Origin: Candidatus Enterousia sp.
GTDB lineage: Bacteria; Pseudomonadota; Alphaproteobacteria; Rs-D84
DNA length: 64,000 nt
Reading direction: 5' to 3'
Assembly (NCBI GenBank): GCA_045614665.1
Contig: JAZLDI010000021.1
Location: 20,108 to 84,107, forward strand
How positions within the stretch are numbered: position 1 is the first letter of the stretch; every line of letters begins with the position of its first letter. The notes beneath the pieces were generated by a model. It searched no databases. It was not told where the DNA came from and was given only the letters and a program-made list of their open reading frames with translations. Positions 30,992 to 41,643 of the stretch are shown in pieces. The position numbers and the translations under genes were made by a program.

Positions 30992-33391
30992 ATGGCAACA
31001 CTGACACTTGGAAAATCTGTTACAATTGACGCGGTGCAAAGCAAAAAGGGCGACGCGGTGTTCGTAGAACGCCGTCGTCGCGTTGTTGCACCAAACAGTA
31101 ACGAATTGCGTGACGAACCAAAAACACCGGTCGCAACACCAAAGAATGCGGCGGATGAAAAATTGCGCGCGGTGTTGGCCGCGGCCAAAGCTCGCGAAGA
31201 AGAACGTAAAGCCCGCGAGGAGGCTGAGGCTGCTGCTGCTGCAAAACGCGCTGCGGAAATCGAACGCGAAGAGCGCGAATACGAACAGGTTCGTTCCCAG
31301 TTGGCGGCACGTGAAAACGCAACCACTGTGTCAGATGTCGAAGAAGATACAAAAACACAATCTAAACCTGTACAAAACACACCAAAGACATTTACTAATA
31401 ATGCGGTGGCTGGTGCAAATCGTCGTCGCAACAATGCCGATGACGAAGATGCCCGTCCAAACAAACATTCAAAGAAAGATTTCAAAAAATCTGGAAAAAT
31501 ATCACTTCATGATATTGTTATGGGGGGCGACGATGATGATGACGAAATCGGTCTGCGTGGTGCAAACCGTCGCCGGTCCGAGGCCTCGTTAAAACGTTTC
31601 CGTGAAAAGGCACGTGCGGTATTTTCTGCCCCGCAAAAGGTTGAACGTGTTGTGTCATTGGGTGAAACGATTACCGTCAAAGATTTGGCAAATGCAATGG
31701 CGGAAAAGGTTGGCAACGTTATCAAGAAATTGATGGAAATGGGTATGATGGTGTCAATGAATCAGTCTATTGATGCCGATACAGCTGAATTAATAGCGTC
31801 TGAATTTGGTGCAACCGTAAAACGTGTTGTAGTTAAACCATATGCAGACCAATTGGAACGTGAACCAAATCCAGAAAATTTGACACCACGCGCACCGGTT
31901 GTGACCGTTGTGGGACACGTTGACCACGGAAAAACATCACTGTTGGATGCGTTCCGTAATGCAAACGTTGTTGCCGGCGAGGCGGGCGGTATCACCCAGC
32001 ATATTTCTTCGTATGAGGTTAAAACAAAATCGGGGCAATTGATAACATTCTTGGACACGCCGGGTCACGAAACATTTACCGCAATGCGTGCACGTGGCGC
32101 GCAAATGGCGGACATTGTTGTATTGGTTGTGGCTGCAAATGATTCAATTATGCCACAAACGATTGAGGCCATTAATCACATCCGTGCAGCGGGCGTGCCA
32201 TTTATTGTGGCGATTAACAAAATTGACCTGCCCCAGGCGAATGCACAACGTGTGAAAATGGACCTGTTACAGCAAGAGGTTCAGGTCGAAGAAATGGGCG
32301 GTGATGTTCAATGTGTTGAAATTTCCGCAACGAAAAAAATCGGTCTGGATAAACTGGAAGAGGCAATTTTATTACAGGCAGAAATGATGGAATTAAAGGC
32401 CGATGCACAAATGCCAGCAGTTGCATATGTTGTAGAAGCCAAGATGGAAAAAGGCCTGGGGGCGGTTGCAACAGTATTGATGCGCCAGGGTACATTAAAA
32501 ATTGGCGACCCATTTGTCGTTGGTGAAACATTTGGTCGTGTGCGTGGTCTGATTGGTTCAGATGGTACACGTGTAAAATCTGTACGCCCGGGCCAGCCAA
32601 CCGTTGTATTGGGCTTGGATTCGGTGCCAAATGCTGGTGATGAATTACGCGTTATGGAAACCGAGGCTCAAACCCGCGAAGTTGCTGCATATCGCGCACA
32701 ATTGGCCAAAGACAAGGCAAATGCTGTTAAACGTTCAAGTCTAGAAGAATTGTTTGCCAAACGTGACGAGTCCAAGAAGCTTATTCTGCCAATTATCCTG
32801 CGTGCAGACGTTCAGGGTTCTGTTGAGGCCATCGTTGATATGCTAAAAGAAATCAACACGGACAAGGTTGGTGTAGATATTCTGTCGTCGGGTGTTGGAC
32901 AAATTACAGAGGGCGATATCCGCCTGGCAACAGCTTCTGGTGCGGTTGTGATTGCGTTTAATGTTCGTGCGGATTCGGTTGTTCGTGATATGGCACGCAG
33001 CAATAATGTTGATATTCGCTATCACAGCGTTGTTTACCGTATAACCGATGAAATCAAAGAAATTTTGTCGGGTAAATTGGCCCCAGAACGCAAAGAAAAC
33101 TTTATCGGATACGCGGATGTAATTGCACTGTTCACGGTCGGCAAGGGCGTACGTGTTGCCGGCTGCCGTATGAGCGAGGGCACAATCAAAAAAGATGCCT
33201 TTGTACGTTTGTTGCGCAACAATGTTGTTATCTATGATGGCAAAATTGGGGAATTGCGCCGCGAAAAGAACGAGGTCAAAGAAGTATCCGGCGGTGTTGA
33301 ATTTGGTATGTCTTTTGACAAGTATAACGACTTGAAAGAGGGCGACCGTGTTGAATGCTATGAGGTCGAAGAAATTCGTGCCAAAATTTAA
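30992..33391 (+). CDS. infB: translation initiation factor IF-2
   Basis: GTPase G-domain ([22 protein letters not shown]) and IF2 C-terminal domains. Low-complexity charged N-terminus. 799 aa. Confidence 0.95.
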   Translation: MATLTLGKSVTIDAVQSKKGDAVFVERRRRVVAPNSNELRDEPKTPVATPKNAADEKLRAVLAAAKAREEERKAREEAEAAAAAKRAAEIEREEREYEQVRSQLAARENATTVSDVEEDTKTQSKPVQNTPKTFTNNAVAGANRRRNNADDEDARPNKHSKKDFKKSGKISLHDIVMGGDDDDDEIGLRGANRRRSEASLKRFREKARAVFSAPQKVERVVSLGETITVKDLANAMAEKVGNVIKKLMEMGMMVSMNQSIDADTAELIASEFGATVKRVVVKPYADQLEREPNPENLTPRAPVVTVVGHVDHGKTSLLDAFRNANVVAGEAGGITQHISSYEVKTKSGQLITFLDTPGHETFTAMRARGAQMADIVVLVVAANDSIMPQTIEAINHIRAAGVPFIVAINKIDLPQANAQRVKMDLLQQEVQVEEMGGDVQCVEISATKKIGLDKLEEAILLQAEMMELKADAQMPAVAYVVEAKMEKGLGAVATVLMRQGTLKIGDPFVVGETFGRVRGLIGSDGTRVKSVRPGQPTVVLGLDSVPNAGDELRVMETEAQTREVAAYRAQLAKDKANAVKRSSLEELFAKRDESKKLILPIILRADVQGSVEAIVDMLKEINTDKVGVDILSSGVGQITEGDIRLATASGAVVIAFNVRADSVVRDMARSNNVDIRYHSVVYRITDEIKEILSGKLAPERKENFIGYADVIALFTVGKGVRVAGCRMSEGTIKKDAFVRLLRNNVVIYDGKIGELRREKNEVKEVSGGVEFGMSFDKYNDLKEGDRVECYEVEEIRAKI

Positions 33392-33408
33392 ATGAACGAG
33401 GCATTGGA

Positions 33409-34128
33409 ATGAGATGGTTTTCCAAAAAATCAGATAAAATTTCAGGTGTTGTACAATTACGCGGTTCTAATAACCGCGTAATTATTATTGAATGTGGCAT
33501 CGAGCGACCGTTGCATCGCAATGCAAATATTCCTGGTCTGGATATAATAGTTGTCGGCAATAACAACACGATAAAAATAGAGATGCCATTTAATAGCCAC
33601 AATTCGTCAATATTTATTATGAATGATGGGGTTAATATTGAATTGGGGCGAACCTCGGCATTTTCAAATGTTAAAATAGTATGCCGGAACGGTCATAGAC
33701 AGGTTTGCAAAATTGGTTGTGATACAACAATAAATGGTGCCATCATTGAACTGCCAGAATCCAGTGGTCTTATTATAGGTGAAGGCTGCTTGTTGTCTGA
33801 TAATATAAAAATCTGGGGCAGTGACGGCCATTCTATTATTGATGCGGATACAATGGAAATAATAAATCCCGTGATGGAACCGATAGTAGTTGGTAATCAT
33901 GTATGGGTTGGTGAATCTGTGATATTCACAAAAAATGCATCTGTTGCGCAAGATTCGGTTGTTGGTGCAGGAACCGTGTGTTGTAAAAAATATACAGAAC
34001 CCAATGTTATTATCGCGGGCAATCCCGGAAGAATTATTCGTAAAAATATTCTGTGGAACAGATATAATCCAACAAAACTAATTTCTGATATAGAGAAGAT
34101 TTCTGCAAAATGGGAACCGCGCAAATAG
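33409..34128 (+). CDS. hexapeptide-repeat (left-handed beta-helix) acyl/acetyltransferase
   Basis: Imperfect hexapeptide repeats and the C-terminal GNPGRIIRK motif typical of sugar O-acetyltransferases. Starts 18 nt after infB with a GAGG Shine-Dalgarno motif. Confidence 0.55.
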   Translation: MRWFSKKSDKISGVVQLRGSNNRVIIIECGIERPLHRNANIPGLDIIVVGNNNTIKIEMPFNSHNSSIFIMNDGVNIELGRTSAFSNVKIVCRNGHRQVCKIGCDTTINGAIIELPESSGLIIGEGCLLSDNIKIWGSDGHSIIDADTMEIINPVMEPIVVGNHVWVGESVIFTKNASVAQDSVVGAGTVCCKKYTEPNVIIAGNPGRIIRKNILWNRYNPTKLISDIEKISAKWEPRK

Positions 34129-34153
34129 AAAATTTTGCGCGGTTTATTGTCTT

Positions 34154-35488
34154 TTATTTTGTTCTGTTTATGCGTCCGGTCAGCAACCACCACAATTGTT
34201 GTGCACAACTTGTTTGTTCATTGATTTTACGCAAATGATCAGGGTCACCATTAACATAAAAAACACCTTTCATTAAATTGCGTGCTGGTTTGTCAATTTC
34301 TTTTGGTGCGCCGTTTATTTCTGCAATTGTTTTTCGAATATCACTACGGATGTTTTCGATATTTTGTTTTTGGGTTACACCTGAACACAAATCTTCTGTT
34401 TCGCGCTGAATCATATGTTTTAATTTCTTTGATGGTTTTATTGTATCATCTGTGGCGAAACGCGCAGACGAAAATACAGTTGGTTGTAAATCAACCAATT
34501 GTGCCATTTGTTGATGCAACGAAATAACCTCATTGTTTGCTTCTGCGATTGCCTGGGGCAGGGAATGATGAATTAGCTTGTCCAGTTTTTGTTCGCGTTC
34601 TTTTTGTTTTTTGCTTATTTGCCCGACCGATTTTGGTGCGGTTACCAGACCGAATTTTTTGCCCGGCACAATTGCACGTGATGCTAAATGATTGCGATAT
34701 GTCTTGCGCAGGTTTTGCAGTCTTGATAATCTAAGTCCCAGCATTACGCGACGAAATGCCCACCAAACGGTTTCGTTTGCAATTTTGTGCATACGTTCGT
34801 TTAAATATTTTGGTGGCATTTGTCCCGAATCCATCACGCCTTGGATCAGAATTGCATTCTTGTCCAGCATTGGTCTTGTTGGTGCGTGTTTGCGTGCAAA
34901 TGGGGGCAGCATACCAAAATCATATGCGTGAATATTCTGGATGGTGGTCATATATTTTTCGTGTTTTTCCTGACTAACACCGGTCGGTCTATTGTATTGA
35001 AAGAACTTCATTCGTTCATAAAGATTGTCGTCTGGTTCCGCCTCTTTGCCATTCAGTAAATCGCCATAAAGCCCAAAAATTAAATCAAATGAAATATCTG
35101 AAACAAAGGCGCCACGTGGGGGTTGATTACCCATAATTTTATCAGAATGCATTGCAATTCGATTGTCGTTTCCAATGGCAATAAATTTGTATCCCGATGG
35201 CGCAAATTTATTCATACACGCCAAGATAAGGCGCATATCAAATACGTCCATTTGTTTCTTGATTTCTTTTAGAGCCTCTGCTTTTTGTTCTTTAGCGCGC
35301 TGTGCCGCAACGCGTTTAGCTTCTCTACGTGCATTGTGTTCTGGGTCGCGTGACTGCGTTGGGTTGTCAACATACATCATGCGGCACACACGTTTTTTTC
35401 CCTCGTATACGCGTTTGCGCAACATCATACCGCCAACGGTTGGCTGTGATACAATATTATCTGTTTTGCTTTCAATATTTTCGGTCAT
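34154..35488 (-). CDS. hypothetical cytoplasmic protein (444 aa, no recognisable domain)
   Basis: Long uninterrupted ORF adjacent to tRNA-Val. Charged and helical, no signal peptide or TM. No family recognised. Confidence 0.5.
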   Translation of the reverse strand: MTENIESKTDNIVSQPTVGGMMLRKRVYEGKKRVCRMMYVDNPTQSRDPEHNARREAKRVAAQRAKEQKAEALKEIKKQMDVFDMRLILACMNKFAPSGYKFIAIGNDNRIAMHSDKIMGNQPPRGAFVSDISFDLIFGLYGDLLNGKEAEPDDNLYERMKFFQYNRPTGVSQEKHEKYMTTIQNIHAYDFGMLPPFARKHAPTRPMLDKNAILIQGVMDSGQMPPKYLNERMHKIANETVWWAFRRVMLGLRLSRLQNLRKTYRNHLASRAIVPGKKFGLVTAPKSVGQISKKQKEREQKLDKLIHHSLPQAIAEANNEVISLHQQMAQLVDLQPTVFSSARFATDDTIKPSKKLKHMIQRETEDLCSGVTQKQNIENIRSDIRKTIAEINGAPKEIDKPARNLMKGVFYVNGDPDHLRKINEQTSCAQQLWWLLTGRINRTK

Positions 35489-35520
35489 ACTTAATCAATA
35501 CCTTTATAAATCAACTGGAT

Positions 35521-35546
35521 AAAAAAATCCGCTTTGCGCGGATTAA
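35521..35546 (-). terminator. rho-independent terminator downstream of tRNA-Val(TAC)
   Basis: The minus strand reads aatccgcgcaaagcggattttttt. Confidence 0.55.
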
Positions 35547-35550
35547 AACT

Positions 35551-35627
35551 TGGTGGGTGTTGAGGGACTCAAACCCCCGACCCTCTCGGTGTAAACGAGA
35601 TGCTCTAATCAACTGAGCTAAACACCC
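35551..35627 (-). tRNA. tRNA-Val (anticodon TAC)
   Basis: Reverse complement gives GGGTGTTTAGCTCAGTTGATTAGAGCATCTCGTTTACACCGAGAGGGTCGGGGGTTTGAGTCCCTCAACACCCACCA. Anticodon loop TTTACAC, 7-bp acceptor, encoded CCA. Confidence 0.9.
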
Positions 35628-35850
35628 AAAGCCCAGCAATATTAACCTATAGTTTTTTGTTTGTCAAATGTTTTTTATGTATGCCCCATAATTAGGGGAA
35701 TATTATTATTTGCAAACTGTTAAATATGCTTTATAATTGCGAACGCGGGGATGAAATTGTTCCTTTTTATGCTTGGGTACAAAGAGTATAAAAACGAATG
35801 ATTTGTCTTCGCAACATTCAAGAAGAACAAACAAAAATATGGAGTAAAAA

Positions 35851-38013
35851 ATGGTATTTGGTTTATTTAAAAAAGATGCCAAATTAAACAATCCAGTTGT
35901 GGTTGAAATCCCGTATGGTGATGAAACACTGCGTCTGGAAACGGGTCGTATGGCAAAACAGGCTAACGGTTCTGTGTTGGCAACAATGGGTGGTACAATG
36001 GTTTTGGCGACGGTTTGCGCTGAAAAATCTGCGGTCGAGGGACAAGATTTCTTCCCTTTAACCGTTGATTATCAGGAAAAATTCGCATCCGCTGGTCGTA
36101 TCCCTGGTTCCCGCGACAGACGCGAGGGCAAGGCTTCAACCGCCGAAACATTGACGGCGCGTTTGATTGATCGTCCAATTCGTCCATTGTTCCCAGAAAC
36201 ATTCAAGAACAAGGTTCAAATTATTGCCCAGGTATTTTCATATGATAAAAAGAATCAACCAGACATCTTAGCGATGATTGCATCATCTGCAGCGTTGGCG
36301 TTAAGCGGCGTTCCATTCCAGGGACCAATTGGTGCCGCACGTGTTGGATACTCAGACGGTAAATATATCTTGAACCCATCACGCAAGGCGACAGAAGAAT
36401 CTGAAATGGATTTGGTTGTTGCTGCGACCAAGGACGGCGTTTTGATGGTTGAATCTGAAATTGGCGAATTAGACGAACCAACGGTTTTGGGCGCGGTTAA
36501 ATTCGGGTTTGATGCACAACAAACGGTTATTGCGGCAATTAACGAATTGGCGGAAAAGGCGGGCAAAGAACGTTGGGCAACCCCAGAAAAGACCGAAGAA
36601 CAATTGACAATGGAATCAAACTTTGAATCTTTTGCACCAGCAATCGAAGAAGCGTTGCAAATCAAAGAAAAATTGGTTCGTTTGGAAACTTTGGCTGATA
36701 TTCATGCCCAGGCAAAAGCACGTATCCCAGAACTGTTCCCAGAATCAATTCGTGCAACATCAACATTAGATTCATGGGCAGACGAAGTTATTGAAAACCT
36801 GACTGCACGCATCATGCGTGGAAATATCTTGGCGGGCAAGCCACGTATTGACGGTCGTGATAACAAGACAGTGCGTCCAATTGAAATTGAATTGGGTGTA
36901 TTGCCACGTGCACACGGCTCTGCATTGTTTACACGTGGTGAAACACAGGCCTTGGTATCCTTGACATTGGGTGGTGGTAAAGACGCGTTGCCAATCGAAT
37001 CCCTGGACGGTGCCGAAGAACGTGATTTCATCCTAAACTATAACTTCCCGGGTTATTCCGTTGGCGAAGCCAAAGGCTTAAAGGCCCCGGGTCGTCGTGA
37101 AATTGGTCACGGTAATTTGGCGTGGCGTGCGGTTCATCCAATGGTACCAACACGTGCCGAATTTGACTATGTAATTCGCGTTGTATCTGATATCTTGGAA
37201 TCAAATGGTTCATCGTCAATGGCGACAACATGTGGTGCGACATTGGCAATGATGGACGGAGGTGTTCCAATGAAACGCCCTGTGGCTGGTATTGCAATGG
37301 GTCTGATAAAAGAGGGCGATGATTACGCAATTTTGACGGACATCCTGGGCGACGAAGATCATCTGGGCGACATGGACTTCAAAGTAACGGGTACAGACCA
37401 TGGTATCACTGCCCTGCAGATGGATATCAAAATCACATCTATTACGTTTGAAATTATGGAACGTGCGTTGGCCCAGGCAAAAGATGGTCGTATGCACATC
37501 TTGGGCAAGATTGAAAAAGCAATCAAAAAGCCACGCAACACCGTGTCCGAATATGCGCCCCAGACTTACACAATGAAAATCAACCCAGACAAGGTTCGTG
37601 AAGTAATTGGCAAGGGTGGTTCTGTAATTCAGGCCTTGGTTCGTGAAACAAACACGATTATCGACCTGGAAGATGATGGTACGGTTAAAATCATGGCAAC
37701 AACCAAAGAAGAAGCCGATGAAGCAATCCGTCGCATCAAAGACATCGTTGCCGAACCAGAAGTTGGCATGATTTACAAAGGGACCGTATCTGGTATGAAA
37801 GATTTTGGTCTGTTTGTAAAAATCATGAACGGATTCGAAGCAATGGTTCATATCTCTGAAATCACCGGTGAACGTATCGCAAAAATCGAAGACACAAAAA
37901 TCAAAGAGGGTGATACGGTTTACGTTCGTTATCTGGGGGCCGACAAACGTGGTAAAACACGTATGTCCATGGTTGGCATCGATCAAAAAACGGGCGAAGA
38001 AATCAAGAAGTAA
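35851..38013 (+). CDS. pnp: polyribonucleotide nucleotidyltransferase (PNPase)
   Basis: Two RNase PH domains, KH and S1. 720 aa. Confidence 0.95.
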   Translation: MVFGLFKKDAKLNNPVVVEIPYGDETLRLETGRMAKQANGSVLATMGGTMVLATVCAEKSAVEGQDFFPLTVDYQEKFASAGRIPGSRDRREGKASTAETLTARLIDRPIRPLFPETFKNKVQIIAQVFSYDKKNQPDILAMIASSAALALSGVPFQGPIGAARVGYSDGKYILNPSRKATEESEMDLVVAATKDGVLMVESEIGELDEPTVLGAVKFGFDAQQTVIAAINELAEKAGKERWATPEKTEEQLTMESNFESFAPAIEEALQIKEKLVRLETLADIHAQAKARIPELFPESIRATSTLDSWADEVIENLTARIMRGNILAGKPRIDGRDNKTVRPIEIELGVLPRAHGSALFTRGETQALVSLTLGGGKDALPIESLDGAEERDFILNYNFPGYSVGEAKGLKAPGRREIGHGNLAWRAVHPMVPTRAEFDYVIRVVSDILESNGSSSMATTCGATLAMMDGGVPMKRPVAGIAMGLIKEGDDYAILTDILGDEDHLGDMDFKVTGTDHGITALQMDIKITSITFEIMERALAQAKDGRMHILGKIEKAIKKPRNTVSEYAPQTYTMKINPDKVREVIGKGGSVIQALVRETNTIIDLEDDGTVKIMATTKEEADEAIRRIKDIVAEPEVGMIYKGTVSGMKDFGLFVKIMNGFEAMVHISEITGERIAKIEDTKIKEGDTVYVRYLGADKRGKTRMSMVGIDQKTGEEIKK

Positions 38014-38069
38014 TAAAAAAACGCCCCGTCCGGGGCGTTTGAATCCTAAAACAGTCTCAGGAGAGAAAA

Positions 38070-38369
38070 ATGGATATGGAAACTTTAATGGCCCAGGCCG
38101 CCGAATTACAAAACAAAGTTGCCGCAGCTCAGGAAGACTTAGCCAAAACCGTTGTAAAGGGGATTGCTGCAAATGGTGCGTGCATTGTTGATATGACCGG
38201 TAAATATGATTTGGTTAATGTCGTTATTCGTCCTGATGCATTGGCGGGCGGTGCGGATGCGGTTGCGAAAATCGTTGCAGACGCATACCGTGATGCCAAA
38301 AGCAAGGCCGATGATTTAATCGATCGTGTTATGGGTGATGCCACCAATGGTGTAAATTTACCAATGTAA
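38070..38369 (+). CDS. ybaB: YbaB/EbfC nucleoid-associated protein
   Basis: Typical 99-aa YbaB pattern (…LMAQAAELQNKVAAAQEDLA…). Confidence 0.8.
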   Translation: MDMETLMAQAAELQNKVAAAQEDLAKTVVKGIAANGACIVDMTGKYDLVNVVIRPDALAGGADAVAKIVADAYRDAKSKADDLIDRVMGDATNGVNLPM

Positions 38370-38398
38370 AAAAAATCCCGCTGTGTGGCGGGGTTTTT
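38368..38398. terminator. rho-independent terminator (bidirectional)
   Basis: aaaaaaaatcccgctgtgtggcggggttttt. Confidence 0.6.
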
Positions 38399-39074
38399 AT
38401 CGTGCCGGCGCAATACGCAATTCAATCCGCCGATTGGTCAGGCGTCCGATACCATCCTGGGCGGCAATGGGGCGTGTAGCTCCGCGCCCAACAATAAACA
38501 TACGTGTTGTGTTAATTCCGTGTTGTGCAAAATATACACCAACGCGTTGGGCCATATCTGATGACAGTGCATTTGCCGCCGATGTATTTTGCATTGCATC
38601 GGTATAGCCTGCAACTTCGATAAATGTTGCGTCAAATTTCTTTAATATTTTGCTGATTCTTTTTAATGTATCATCGCCGGTTGCGGATATTTGCGCAGCG
38701 TTTAATTCCATAATCGCATCCCGTACCAGAATTACAACAATCTCTGTCCCTGCGCGTTGAACGGAAATTCCTGGCTTGCGCAGACCGTCATAAAGTGCAA
38801 ATTCCAATTCAGACATATATTTAATAATTCGTGCATTGTCATTGGTTAATTTGTCGCCGTATTCGGAAACAGGTATCGTAACATCATCGTTTAATACCAT
38901 GCGTCCACCCGCCCCCAAATATACGGGGCGTTTTGCAACACGGGCCGTATCGGTCATATCTGTAAAGCTGGCCCCATTCAGGTATTGCATCCAATTTTCG
39001 CGTACCGGACTGACATACGGTGCACACGCCACCATCATTCCAATTAAAAATAAAGACGCAATTTTTTTATGCAT
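38397..39074 (-). CDS. OmpA-family lipoprotein (C-terminal OmpA/MotB peptidoglycan-binding domain)
   Basis: Lipobox MMVACA. C-terminal OmpA-like domain (AGYTD…NRRIEL). Last gene of the dnaX-pilin-ompA transcription unit. Confidence 0.7.
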   Translation of the reverse strand: MHKKIASLFLIGMMVACAPYVSPVRENWMQYLNGASFTDMTDTARVAKRPVYLGAGGRMVLNDDVTIPVSEYGDKLTNDNARIIKYMSELEFALYDGLRKPGISVQRAGTEIVVILVRDAIMELNAAQISATGDDTLKRISKILKKFDATFIEVAGYTDAMQNTSAANALSSDMAQRVGVYFAQHGINTTRMFIVGRGATRPIAAQDGIGRLTNRRIELRIAPAR

Positions 39075-39536
39075 TTATTGAACGATAAAAGAAATTTGAT
39101 TCGTTGGTGTTGAAAAACATCTGTCTGAGTTATCCAGAACCTCGTACCCGTTAATCAGCATTGCCGCCGACCATTGTGGTTTTGTGGTTTGGAAATAAGA
39201 GCATTCGCCCTGGGTTAATTCGGTCAGATTTATTGAAAAGGATTCGCCATCTGTGCTTGCTGTGACGGACCAATTGTCGCCACCCAATGGCGCCTTGTCA
39301 GATTTTAATGCGCCCGCCTTTATTAAATAGTCAACCGATACACCCGAATAATCGCCACGCATTTCCATCAATAATTTAACATCACCTGCAATTTGTTCCA
39401 GTTGCGATGTGGCTATTGTACGGGCATTGTTTTCTCGCATCATACGATACATACCAATTGCCGCCGCCGTCATAACGGTTCCGATTGCAATAACGCCAAC
39501 AATTTCAATCAAAGAACGTCCAGATTCATATCTCAT
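39075..39536 (-). CDS. type IV pilin / pseudopilin-like protein (153 aa)
   Basis: Leader MRYESG then RSLIEIVGVIAIGTVMTAAAIGMY: Gly at -1, Glu at +5, 20-residue hydrophobic helix. C-terminal Cys pair (CSYF…DRCF) like a pilin D-region. The start overlaps the dnaX stop (ATGA). Confidence 0.6.
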   Translation of the reverse strand: MRYESGRSLIEIVGVIAIGTVMTAAAIGMYRMMRENNARTIATSQLEQIAGDVKLLMEMRGDYSGVSVDYLIKAGALKSDKAPLGGDNWSVTASTDGESFSINLTELTQGECSYFQTTKPQWSAAMLINGYEVLDNSDRCFSTPTNQISFIVQ

Positions 39537-41140
39537 TATTTCACCCCTACGATTTCTGCGTTTTCAAATAAACTCATTGCGCTGGCAATCATTGGATCGG
39601 CGGCCAATTCTTCTTGTTTTTGTTCGGTAATTGTATGTGTGTGTACCGTTTCGGTCGCGCGTTCCAGTTGCCATTGTTTTCCGGTTTTGTCCATCAGCCA
39701 CGACGCCAACCGTGGTGCAAAATCTGCATCCCCACGTCTGTCAAAGTATTTGATTTTGCCATCCGTGATTTCTGCAACCTCTATGTTGCTAGAATAATAA
39801 GAGTACAGTAATATTTCCTTGGACTCTTGTAATAATTGTGCCAGTTCCACTGCGGTTGTAATTTGTGGCTTTTCCGGCGTGGCGGATACTGGTTGTGCTG
39901 GCGTTCCGCCATGATTGCTTAATGCGTCCCGTACCGCTCCAACATTTGGACGGGGGGCGTCATTTTTTTTTATCAGTTCTGCGACCGTTGGCATATCTGC
40001 AACATGCATCATACGTACAATCAGCATGTCAAAGCATTGCTTTTGATTGCCACTGGCCTGCATTTCTGGGACGGCGGCAACCATAACCTGCCATATGCGG
40101 GACAAGGTATTTAATGTTGCGGTCTTGTTAATTTCGCGAATTTGATTTCGTTGGTCGGCGGTATATGGGGAATTTGTTACGTCGCCCGCATGCAAGCTTG
40201 GGTGCATACGTGTTGCCCAATGCGTCCATTCCATCATATCCAATAACAACATAGACAAATCAGCGCCGTTATTATAGATGGCGTCAACCTTGTCCAGTGC
40301 CGCCGCTGTATTTCCAGATAAAACCGTTTTCATAAAGTCAACCACGACCCCACGGTCTGCACGTTTAAGCATGTCTAGAACCGCCGCCTCGTCTACGTGG
40401 CCACCGGTTTGCGCTATTGCCTGGTCCAGTAATGATAATCCGTCGCGAACCGAACCATCGGCTGCGCGTGCCAATAATTCATTCGCGGCATCTGATAATT
40501 CAACTTGCTCCTGATCTGCTACCCATGCGAAATGTTTTTTCAGTGTATCAACCGGAACGCGCATCAAATCAAACCGTTGGCAACGTGACAAGATTGTAAC
40601 CGGAACCTTTCGGATTTCGGTTGTCGCTAAAATGAATATAACGTGTGCTGGTGGTTCTTCTAGTGTTTTAAGCAACGCATTAAATGCACTGGTTGATAAC
40701 ATATGGACTTCGTCGATAATATAAACCTTGTACCGACCGTTTGTTGGGCGATATTGCGCCGCATCCAGAATGTCACGCATATTATCAACGCCAGTATGTG
40801 ATGCTGCGTCGATTTCCATAACGTCAATATGTTGGCCCGCCGCAATTGATTTACAGTTTTCACAAACGCCACACGGTGTTGCAGTGGCCTTGTCCGACGA
40901 TAAACAGTTCAAGGCCTTGGCCAGGATACGTGCCGTACTGGTTTTTCCAGTTCCGCGAATTCCGGTAAAAATATACGCATGCGCAATGCGTCCTGTATTA
41001 ATTGCGGTGGTTAATGTTTTTACCAAAACTTCTTGGCCGATAAGGGTTTGAAAATCTTGACTGCGATATTTACGCGCTAAAACGGTATAATTGCTATCCA
41101 TACTAAAACTTCCTTTTGATATACAATAGCAAACCCGCAC
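39536..41140 (-). CDS. dnaX: DNA polymerase III subunits gamma/tau
   Basis: AAA+ clamp-loader (GIRGTGKTS Walker A, zinc module C..C..C..C, SRC motif). 534 aa. Confidence 0.9.
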   Translation of the reverse strand: MRVCYCISKGSFSMDSNYTVLARKYRSQDFQTLIGQEVLVKTLTTAINTGRIAHAYIFTGIRGTGKTSTARILAKALNCLSSDKATATPCGVCENCKSIAAGQHIDVMEIDAASHTGVDNMRDILDAAQYRPTNGRYKVYIIDEVHMLSTSAFNALLKTLEEPPAHVIFILATTEIRKVPVTILSRCQRFDLMRVPVDTLKKHFAWVADQEQVELSDAANELLARAADGSVRDGLSLLDQAIAQTGGHVDEAAVLDMLKRADRGVVVDFMKTVLSGNTAAALDKVDAIYNNGADLSMLLLDMMEWTHWATRMHPSLHAGDVTNSPYTADQRNQIREINKTATLNTLSRIWQVMVAAVPEMQASGNQKQCFDMLIVRMMHVADMPTVAELIKKNDAPRPNVGAVRDALSNHGGTPAQPVSATPEKPQITTAVELAQLLQESKEILLYSYYSSNIEVAEITDGKIKYFDRRGDADFAPRLASWLMDKTGKQWQLERATETVHTHTITEQKQEELAADPMIASAMSLFENAEIVGVK

Positions 41141-41181
41141 TAAATTTCAACAAATAAAGTATGAAAAAGCGATGAATTTTA

Positions 41182-41538
41182 TCAGTTTAAATTTGTAATA
41201 AAATCAGGAAACGGACTTTCTTCTTCGTCTTCTTTGTCGGCGGTATTGTTGGCCTCTGCTTCTGCGATTGCTTTTTCGGCGGCGGCCTTTTCTTTGGTGT
41301 CGCGACTGGAATCAATTTTGCCCTGTTCTGCATTTACCATACGACCATAATGTTCGGCTGCCTGCAACAGGCGTTCGCGTTCAATTTCATCCGGTGTCTG
41401 GCGTGCCTGGTCGATGTACTGTTTTCTTCTTTGACGCCATTTATGACAACGTTGAATCATTTGTCCGACATTGGATTGATTTTTTTTATTTTGCATATTA
41501 AGTCTTTTGTTAAATGGAAAGTTTTTTATCAATTTCAC
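41182..41538 (-). CDS. small basic/acidic hypothetical protein
   Basis: ORF upstream of and co-oriented with dnaX. Lys/Arg-rich N-terminus, acidic C-terminus. The start is possibly the internal Met at 41496. No family recognised. Confidence 0.35.
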   Translation of the reverse strand: MKLIKNFPFNKRLNMQNKKNQSNVGQMIQRCHKWRQRRKQYIDQARQTPDEIERERLLQAAEHYGRMVNAEQGKIDSSRDTKEKAAAEKAIAEAEANNTADKEDEEESPFPDFITNLN

Positions 41539-41643
41539 ATCAATACTGAAATCAACGAACAGAATGTTAATCTATCTGAAAACTGATTGCAATATTTTTT
41601 TTCAATTGCTATTCTGTGAAATATGTAGGGGGTATTTAAACAA

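Noticed and set aside
30992-31700. Low-complexity Ala/Glu/Arg-rich stretch at the infB 5' end as a possible repeat element
   Set aside because: This is the normal variable, charged N-terminal region of IF-2, and it is in frame with the conserved G-domain.
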